A DNA stretch of 62,913 nucleotides, filler included, from Octopus bimaculoides (taxonomy: Eukaryota), in NCBI RefSeq assembly GCF_001194135.2. It is 4 parts of 4 records of this genome, joined end to end, with 100 filler letters (N's around TTAATTAATTAA, not from the genome) between each part and the next. Parts side by side here need not be neighbours in the genome. Positions count along the whole stretch, not along the records: positions 47,855 to 62,913 come from NC_068981.1; 3 more parts are not named here. The stretch is one strand, 5' to 3'. The notes under the pieces are model-generated. The model was not told where the DNA came from and ran no database searches. It saw only the letters and a program-made list of their open reading frames with translations. The position numbers were made by a program, and so were the translations under genes. Numbering within the stretch: the stretch's first letter is position 1; each line of letters begins with the position of its first letter. Positions 55,061 through 62,913 of the stretch are shown here, piece after piece.

Positions 55061-55457
55061 AATCTTTTCTACTGTAGGCACAAGGCACAACATTTTTTTG
55101 GAGGTAGGGATAGTCGATTAGATCGATCCCAGTACGCAACTTGTATTTAATTTATCGACCCCGAGAGGATGGAAGGCAAAGTCGACCTCGGCGGAATTTG
55201 GACTCAACGTAAAAACAGACGAAATACCTATTTCTTTACTGCCCACAAGGGGCTACACACAGAGGGGACAAACAAGAACAGACAAACGGATTAAGTCGAT
55301 TATATCGACCCCAGTGCGTAACTGGTACTTAATTTATCGACCCCGAAAGGATGAAAGGCAAAGTCGACCTCGGCGGAATTTGAACTCAGAACGCAGTGTC
55401 AGACGGAATACCGCTAAACAGTTCGCCCGGTGTGCTAACATTTCTGCCAGCTCGCCG
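55061..55457 (-). mobile_element. Dimeric SINE family B
   Basis: Full monomer plus spacer (55229-55457) joined to a 5'-truncated second monomer (55061-55228). Confidence 0.88.
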
Positions 55458-55663
55458 TCGTAGCAGTGTCAAATATTACACCAAGGTTTAATTTGTTATG
55501 TAGCAAAAAAGCAAGTACATCCGTCACATTGGTTTTTAGTTTGGTTTATTTTTGTATTTGAAACAAATCCTAAAACTACTTTTATTTTGACAAATAATAC
55601 AGCTACTTTTTTTTAATATGTATATTTATGTATTTATTTGTATGTTTTATTGCATATTTAATA

Positions 55664-55732
55664 CCTGGGGTCGCGAAAAATCTCCTGATGAAAAGTGGGG
55701 TTATGAATGAAAAAAAGTTTAAGAAGCGCTGC
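55664..55732 (+). mobile_element. Possible hAT/Charlie-like MITE 3' terminus
   Basis: GGGGTCGCGA...AAAAAAGTTTAAGAAGCGCTG resembles recalled hAT ends; no matching left end or TSD found. Confidence 0.25.
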
Positions 55733-56354
55733 TTTAAATAAACGCTACATTAACTTATGGAACATTGGAGTATAACAATGCAAAATATAATCTATTAGAG
55801 ATAGATTCGTACAATATTATTCAGTATTTATGTTATTCATAAGGAAAGCAATTGGCCGATAAATAATTTCATACCCAACAATATGTACAACTTTTGGATC
55901 GCAAAAGTTATGAGGTAGTACACTATAAAAGATTTATTAAAGCAATGCCAAAGAAGTAGTTATGTAGCGGAAAAATATTATTTGACGGATTATATCTTCG
56001 ATCGCCTTCCATAGTTAATATTGTTTACTTCATGGCGTAAGGATAAAAACAATAGCTAACAATCTTCAAAGTAGAAAGGATGACTATTATGAAAAAAAAA
56101 AAAGAATAAAAAAATAAATATAATTCTCCAAGATGTACTCCCCTAAGATTGTAAATTCAGTACTATCTATATGGAATTTACAATATTTCCAGAATCAAAT
56201 ACTTCAGAGAAAATACCAAAAATTTCCAACAGTCTTATAGTTTTCAAAATAACCATGGAATTTCCACAGGTGCAGCTTATCTTATGCAATTATGCTGAAA
56301 GCTTGACGATTCTACTACTCCGTTAATGTATTTGTGCGATGTTTGAAACACAAT

Positions 56355-56570
56355 ATTGCTTTCAAATTTTCGTACAAGGCCAGCAATTTCGGGGGAGGGG
56401 TTAAGTCGATTACTTCGACTCCAGTGCTCAACTGGTACTTATTTTATCGCCTTTGAAAGGATAAAAGGCGAAGTCGACTACGGTGGAATTTGAACCCAGA
56501 ACATAAAGACTGGCGAAATGCTGATAAGCATTTTGCCTAGCGTGCTAACGATTCTGCCATCTCGCAGCCT
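56355..56570 (-). mobile_element. SINE family B monomer
   Basis: CCAGTGCTCAACTGGTACTTATTTTATCG...GTCGACTACGGTGGAATTTGAACCCAGAAC...GCTAACGATTCTGCCA. Confidence 0.88.
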
Positions 56571-56708
56571 TTATCTGAAAAGAAAAAAAAAAATTCAAAT
56601 TAATGTAATAAATAGTTTAAATAAAGTCCATATCATGCGTGGATCGAACTCGCTTTCTTAATGCTGAAGTTTAGTAAAATCATATAACAGGAATATATTT
56701 TGGAATGA

Positions 56709-57122
56709 AAGGCGACGAGCTGGCAGAAACGTTAGCACGCCGGGCGAAATGCTTAGTGGTATTTCGTCTCCCATTACATTCCGAGTTCAAATTCCGCCGA
56801 GGCCGACTTCATCCTTCATCCTTTCGGGTTCGATAAATCAAGAACCAGTTACGCACTGGGGTTGATGTAATTGACTTAATCCCTTTGTCTGTCCTTGTTT
56901 GTCCCCTCTATGTTTAGCCCCTTGTGGGCAATAAAGAAATAAGAAATGTTAGCACGCTGGGTGACATGCTTAGCGGTATTTCATCTGTCTTTACGTTCTG
57001 AGTTCAAATTCCACCCTGGTCGACTTTTCTTTTTATCCTTTCGGGGTTGATAAAATAAGTACCAGTAGCGTACTGGAGTCGATCTAATCGACTGGCCCCC
57101 TCCTTGTGACTAGAGCAGAAAA
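56709..57122 (+). mobile_element. Dimeric SINE family B with an 18-bp target-site duplication
   Basis: GAATATATTTTGGAATGA at 56691-56708 and 57123-57140 brackets both monomers. Box B GAGTTCAAATTCC occurs twice; GCCTTTCATCCTTTCGGGGTCGATAAA-type block (Meta/MESC-like, from memory) in each monomer. Confidence 0.92.
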
Positions 57123-57140
57123 GAATATATTTTGGAATGA

Positions 57141-57470
57141 TTCTTTTATTTGTTCCAGTCATTAGTCTGCGGCCATACTGGGGCACCACCTTGAAGAACT
57201 TTGAATTGAACAGATCGACCGCAGTACTATTTTTTAAAGCCCGGAACTTGCCGACTGCTAAGTCAACGTCACGTAAGCAGTGTTGGGAGACAAACACGCA
57301 TACACATATGTATATACGTCGGGCATCTTTCAGTTTCCGTCTACCAAATCCCCTTTTGTCGGCTCTAGGATATAGTAAATGTCAATTGCCCAAGGAGCCA
57401 CGCAGTGAGACTGAGCCTGGAACCATGTGGTTGGGAGATTAACTTCTTACTACACAGCCGCACCTGCGCC
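57141..57470 (-). mobile_element. SINE family A with internal deletions
   Basis: Minus strand AGGCGCAGGTGCGGCTGTGTAGTAAG...GGCTCAGTCTCACTGCGTGG...GGTAGACGGAAACTGAAAGA...tail. Confidence 0.85.
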
Positions 57471-57483
57471 TCAAATGTGAGAT

Positions 57484-57583
57484 GCTTACACAACCTAGAT
57501 TTTTCCAAGTGGCCACCCATCTAAGTACTATCTAAGCTCGACGTTGCTTAACTTCGTAGATTCTATGTGATATGACCGTTCCA
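57484..57583 (-). pseudogene. 5S rRNA-derived sequence (pseudogene or SINE3-type head), about 20-nt internal deletion
   Basis: Minus strand AACGGTCATATCACATAGAA(del)CGAAGTTAAGCAACGTCGAGCTTAGATAGTACTTAGATGGGTGGCCACTTGGAAAAATCTAGGTTGTGTAAGC aligns by eye to recalled metazoan 5S (ACGGCCATACCAC..GAA..GAAGTTAAGCAACGTCG.GCC.GGTTAGTACTTGGATGGGTGACCGCCTGGGAATACC.GGTGCTGTAGGC); box A and box C are recognisable. Confidence 0.82.
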
Positions 57584-57649
57584 GAAAATTAAGAATTTTG
57601 AATAATCAAAAGAAATTATTAATCTTTTGAAACAATGCAGAGATAATTG

Positions 57650-57932
57650 TTAAGATTGTATATGTTGTTAGAGAGATATATGTTGTTAGTATGGTAATAA
57701 GTTGTTAGGGTGGTATACAAATTTAGTAAGTATGGTGTTTGTTGCTGGAGCAGTGGATGTTGTTAAGGCAATGGAAGTTGTTCAGGCAGTAATATGTTGT
57801 AACCGGAGATGTGTATATTGTTAGGGCAGTACGTTATTGTTAGGGCTGTGTATGTTAGGTGGTGTGTGTTGTTAGGGCGATATATGTTGCTAGAATACTA
57901 TGTTGTTAAGGTGGCACATGTTGTTAGAGCGG
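57650..57932. repeat. Degenerate ~20-bp minisatellite with a TGTTGTTAG core
   Basis: More than ten ATGTTGTTAG/GTTGTTAAGG/ATTGTTAGGG cores at about 20-nt spacing. Confidence 0.75.
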
Positions 57933-57944
57933 TGTATTGACAGA

Positions 57945-58075
57945 ATCGGTGGAGCACCAGACAAAATGATTTGCAGTGTTTACACTCCTCATTCTGAGTT
58001 TAAATCTCACGCGGTCGGTTTCACCTTTCATCATTATGAACTTCATAAAGTAAAAGTCAAGTTCTGGAGTGAATG
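57945..58075 (+). mobile_element. SINE family B, diverged
   Basis: GACAGAATCGGTGGAGCACCAGACAAAATG...TCTGAGTTTAAATCTC...CCTTTCATC...AAAGTAAAAGTC. Confidence 0.55.
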
Positions 58076-58119
58076 AAATCCGCTACACCGTCTTTACACA
58101 ATGCATGATTCTATACTCA

Positions 58120-58392
58120 TGTTATTTAATGTTCGTCCTTTCGTTGTCAACGATGACCAAGTCCATCACGTGGGAAAAGAAGATGGGTCACGGTGTCTAC
58201 GGCTGTGGCCGATCAGACCGATGCGTGTTTGGACGGCTCTACCACAGGTCAGGTACTGATGGTCTGCTCGGACGGAAGGGAAGGAGTTGGCTCTGGACTT
58301 GCATAGTCCACGCTTTCTTTGAGCTCCTGCAATTCTGTTCTGTTCGTAGGAGGTGGTATTTCTGTTGCTGCAGCCCCGCCATGTTATATACA
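58120..58392 (-). mobile_element. RTE (BovB-like) LINE 3' end
   Basis: Minus strand TWRG..YEQNRIAGAQRKRGLCKSRA...LTCGRAVQTRIGLIGHSRRH*, matching the RTE C-terminal C..CGR....IGL.SH..H motif, then 3' UTR GTCATCGTTGACAACGAAAGGACGAAC. Confidence 0.85.
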
Positions 58393-58399
58393 GTTAGTA

Positions 58400-58590
58400 A
58401 GTAAGACAACCTGCAAGAAATCGCAACCCCATTTCATCAAATTATGATCCTGCCATTTTCAAAAAGAAGCTCACACACATTAGACGATGCAACTCTAGAA
58501 TATAAAACAGTACAGGATGGTCACAACTGGAGCGCCGTTTATCACAAATATGTTCAAGGAGGGCTACTATAGCGATAACCAAACAACAGC
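58400..58590 (+). mobile_element. Interspersed repeat family D fragment
   Basis: CTGCAAGAAATCGCAACC...CAGGATGGTCACAACTGGAGCGCC...AAACAACAGC. Confidence 0.55.
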
Positions 58591-59523
58591 ATATTGTGTA
58601 AGTTTGTAAGAATTTTGGCGGGCTACTGTAGCGAATATAACACCGCGATCTAATATGAAAAAAATCAAAAGGTTTTCATAGTAAACATGGCGTCTTCTGC
58701 TGGAAACAATACGGTATCAATTACTTGAATTATACAGTAGTTTTGCTAACGCTTGTTTCTTCTTGACAGTCTCAACAAAACTGATTATGTACTTAGGCAA
58801 TTTCGCAGAAGAAACAGAAATGGTCATAAAAAAAAAGAACTGTTTAGAGCCTGGTTTGATGATAAATATAAGAAAATGTTTAGCTGAGAAGTACATCATT
58901 AAGTTAGAGAATAATGTCAGGAAAGGTAGGCTAGAGGGAAGAAATATGTTGTTGATGTATAATGGATATTCTATCTAAAAGCTGATGAATAGAAAACGTG
59001 GAGTAGTGTTGCCGCTAGATGCAAAAGGTTCGAATAACTTCGAAATGATGCAGAAGACGAAGTTAGATGTAAAATAAAAAGAGACTAAAATAATGGAGAT
59101 CCCTCATTGACATGAAAAAACAAAGACGTAAACGAAGTAGGTGTGGGGCGGGAAATCATAAGATATGTCCTACGGAAAAGATAATTGTTACTTAGAATGA
59201 AAAAAAAGAAAGCTAGTGCTTTTATGATTCTAGGCGAGTCATAAATGAACAACATTCAATTGGCAAGAACAAAAAAAAAAAAAGGAAAAAGAAAAAGCGT
59301 TCCGGAAATATTGAAAATGATAAAAATGTTATTTTGCGAAAAGTTTCATTGAATCTTTGGTGAACATAAAAGAGAAAAATAAAAGAAAACCAAATATCGA
59401 AGGTAAAAAAACCCAAACAAATCAAGTCACATTCTTCAGGACAAAATTTTTACCCCTCAATATAATTAAAACAACGTACACATACGTAAATCCGCACAAA
59501 CAGATACGCAGATACGCATATAT

Positions 59524-59853
59524 CGGTTTCAAATTTGGCAGAAGGCCAGAAAATTCGTGGGGAGTTAAGTCGATTACATCAACCCCAGTACTCAAGTGGT
59601 ACTAATTTTATCAACTCCGAAATGATGAAAGGCAAAGTCGGCCTCGGCGAAATTTGAACTCAGAAGAATTTAAAGCGAGACAAAATGTCGCTAAGCATTT
59701 TACCTGGTGCATGAACGATTCTTATTTCTTTATTGCCCACAAGGGGCTACACACAGAGGGGACAAACAAGGACACACAAACGGATTAAGTCGATTACATC
59801 GTCCCCAGTGCGTAACTGGTACTTAATTTATCGATCTTGAAAGGATGAAAGGC
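59524..59853 (-). mobile_element. Dimeric SINE family B lacking its own first head
   Basis: Spacer (GCCCACAAGGGGCTACACACAGAGGGGACAAAC) nearly identical to 55240-55275; second monomer at 59524-59719. Confidence 0.85.
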
Positions 59854-60020
59854 GTCTATCAAATCCACTGACAAGGCTTTGATCGGCCCAAGGCTATAGT
59901 TACTATAGCTTTGGGCTACAGTAACTAGTATAGTAGAATCACATGCCCAAGGTGCTACGTCGTGGGACTGAACCCGTAAACATATAGTTGGGAAGTAAAC
60001 TTCTTTATCACACAGCCATA
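59853..60020 (-). mobile_element. SINE family A head and core fused to the B dimer
   Basis: GTCTATCAAATCCACTGACAAGGCTTTGATCGGCCC...GTGGGACTGAACCC...CACACAGCCA. Confidence 0.8.
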
Positions 60021-60270
60021 CCAGGGCGCTTGTGTATGTGTATTAGCTTAGTTTTCCAAAAGCGTGAAACAATACTCAAGAGATACAGAAAATTGTTTCT
60101 ATTTTGACTCAGGGTCTTAAGATTTCATATCGAAGTACGATCAAAGAGACGAGCTGCTACTGACAACACAAGATGCAAATTATTTTACAATCACGCTCAC
60201 ATGATGACGTAAAGGAAAATCATGCATAAACGTACACGAAATGTTCTACTAGTATACGCGATATAGTATT

Positions 60271-60760
60271 CAGTAATCTCTCGACTATCACGGGTGTTAC
60301 GTTCCGAAAGCAACCGCAATAGGTGAAAATACATGAAGTAGAAACAGTACTGTACTGTATGTTTTTTTAATTATTTTCATAATTTGTATATATTTATTTT
60401 ATTATAAATGCAAAAGAATACCAAACACTCGCTTCCTGCGTTTCGTTTTCCATACGGTATGTGCAATTCTTTGTTTATGCACTACATTTTTTCTTTTGAT
60501 ATATTTTAATTAATGTGTTATACAGTGCAGTACTGTAATGTATTCTTATTTATTAATTCATTAATTTTTAGGTGTGAAAATGCTTATTTTACCACAGAAA
60601 TGATTAAAATCTAAAAACAAAAAAATATAAATACCTATCGGCCGCAGAAATCCGCGATATACTGAGGAGTCCGCGATATAAATTTACATATATTAGTCAG
60701 AAAAATCCGTGATGTACTGAGGGCGCGATACGTGAACAGCGATATGGCAAGTGATTACTG
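60271..60760. mobile_element. Tigger/pogo-like non-autonomous element (MITE)
   Basis: Terminal inverted repeats CAGTAATCTCTCGACTATC vs reverse complement CAGTAATCACTTGCCATATC, flanked TATT/AATA; subterminal CCGCGATAT repeats typical of Tigger-derived elements; 490 bp, no ORF. Confidence 0.7.
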
Positions 60761-60940
60761 AATATGTATATACACTAGTATATGTATATATACACTCGTA
60801 TATGCATGTATATATGTATATATATATGTATAGTTACTGTAGCTCGCATGCGTGGTGTGTAAACATATGTACCTAAGTTAATTTACACAGACATACCTCA
60901 CTCAAAAATCATAAGACAACATATATGTACATAAGAGTTC

Positions 60941-60941
<1 letters not shown>

Positions 60942-61017
<76 letters not shown>
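60942..61017. repeat. (TCTA)n microsatellite
   Basis: Seen directly. Confidence 0.95.
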
Positions 61018-61134
61018 GGTAGCTAGCAGGTAGCAGTACATATGCAAATGCATACATACATATGTATACATAAGCTAGATTTTAAAGAAATATATAAGCA
61101 TAAAGGTGTGTATGTGTACACGTATTATATATAA

Positions 61135-61228
<94 letters not shown>

Positions 61229-61300
61229 GTGCATATATATCAATCTATATCTATCTCTTCTCTCACCAGTGCCATCGTCACTCTTCTCTCTCTCTCTCTC

Positions 61301-61349
<49 letters not shown>

Positions 61350-61520
61350 TGACATACATGCACACATATACATACATACATCCATACATACATACATCCA
61401 TACATACATATATATATATACTAAAAGAGGGAAGAAGACATATCGAGAGAAGAGATGCGAGAGAGAGAGAGAGAGAGACAGACAGAGAGAGATAAATGTA
61501 CACACACACATTTGCACACA
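61135..61520. repeat. (CA)n, (CT)n, (TA)n, (TACA)n and (GA)n microsatellite cluster
   Basis: Seen directly. Confidence 0.93.
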
Positions 61521-61839
61521 CAAACAGGTGAATGTAGGGAGAGAGAGTAGCTCACGTAAGAAAATATATTAACAAGCGCCTAAACATGCACAAGAACACA
61601 TATATAAAAATACGCATGCGCACAAGTTACATAATATATGAGGCTTAAAAAGAGCGAATACCAGGAAAAGGACAAGAAAAACAAAGTAAACCGAAGGGAA
61701 AAAGAAGAGAAAGCGATAAAATAAAGAGAAAATGTATCGCGTGTGATGTGTTGGGATATATCCATACATACATTTGCAAAAAGACAAACGCTCTGACAAA
61801 TGTATGTGCGTCTGAGGCTATGCACCAAAGTATATATAT

Positions 61840-62154
61840 ACATACATGCACACGAACATATATACATACATACATACATACATACATACATACATTATAT
61901 AGAGAGAGATAGAGAGATATTAGTATGTATGCATTCCTGTATATATGTATGTATGTATACATGTTCGTGTGTATGTATGTATGTATGTATGTATATATAT
62001 TGGTACATAACCTCAGACGTACATACATTTGCCAGAGCGCTTGTCTTTTGTATGAATGTATGCATATATGTATGACTATTGATATATACTTCTACGCACA
62101 CAACCACACATACTCAGTACAGTAGTATGTGTACATTTAGACATTCATATACAC

Positions 62155-62200
<46 letters not shown>

Positions 62201-62692
62201 NNNNNNNNNNTATGTATGTATGCATGCATGTATGTATGCATGCATGTATGTGTATGTGTGTGTGCATGTATGTATGCATGTATGTATGTATGTATGTATG
62301 TATGTATGCATGTATATATGTATGTATATGCTACACATCCATTAACATAGAGTGGATACTCCAGAATAGTTACTTGCACCTATTTAGAAAAAGAAAAAAA
62401 GGAAACTGCATCAGTACACTGTTCTATTTGCGTACACTCAACTTTTGTTATACATACAAACATACAAATTCTGTATATCTTCTTCATCCAGCGTGTTTGC
62501 ATCTGCAGATAAAAAACCCATGCTTATATACACATGCAAGAAAAGAAAAAGGGCTGATGTAATGAATAATAACAATAATGAGAATGTGAAAATAAGAATA
62601 AAAATATATAAAGAAAAGGCTTATATATACATATATGAATAAATATATATGTGTGTACATATATATATATACATACAACATACATACGTAGG

Positions 62693-62732
<40 letters not shown>

Positions 62733-62913
62733 AATATATATGCGCGTGTAAATATATGTATATATATATATATGTATGTAAATATATGTATATATACGTA
62801 TATATATGTATATATATATATGCATACATATATATGCATATATATATATATGTATATATATATATACATATATATTTATATACATATATAAGTATGTATA
62901 TATATACGTATAT
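61840..62913. repeat. TA/CA/TATG low-complexity terminal region
   Basis: Seen directly; all ORFs here are YI/HT/MYVC repeat translations. Confidence 0.9.

Noticed and set aside
55911-55920. TGAGGTAGTA equals the first 10 nt of let-7
   Set aside because: The remainder does not match and there is no hairpin partner.
57650-57932. CRISPR-like repeat/spacer appearance
   Set aside because: Cores about 9 nt and degenerate, eukaryotic context, no cas genes.
58069-58404. 111-aa plus-strand ORF in a GC-richer block
   Set aside because: Antisense of the RTE LINE 3' end.

Overview
AT-rich, gapped animal genomic DNA with no intact protein-coding gene, tRNA gene or CRISPR array that I can support. The dense microsatellites and the SINE families look like cephalopod (Octopus-like) intergenic or intronic DNA; this is inferred from recalled repeat sequences, not a database search. 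Nearly all listed ORFs are microsatellite or N-gap artefacts. Supportable features: (1) a 5'-truncated R4/Dong-type non-LTR retrotransposon in a TAA microsatellite; (2) RTE and probable CR1/L2 LINE 3' remnants; (3) an internally deleted mariner and a Tigger/pogo-like MITE; (4) about 30 copies or fragments of three tRNA-derived SINE families (A, B, C; my labels) plus an unclassified repeat D; (5) a decayed 5S rRNA copy directly upstream of a SINE-A head. Most interesting: the 5S+SINE composite, a dimeric SINE-B bounded by a perfect 18-bp target-site duplication, an A/B chimeric SINE, interleaved inverted repeats at 27.1-27.9 kb, a triple-hairpin island at 49.8 kb and a candidate ATG micro-exon at 36.56 kb. 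Three TTAATTAATTAA 12-mers centred in 100-bp gaps are assembly linkers. Element boundaries were read by eye and are approximate unless a TIR or TSD fixes them.
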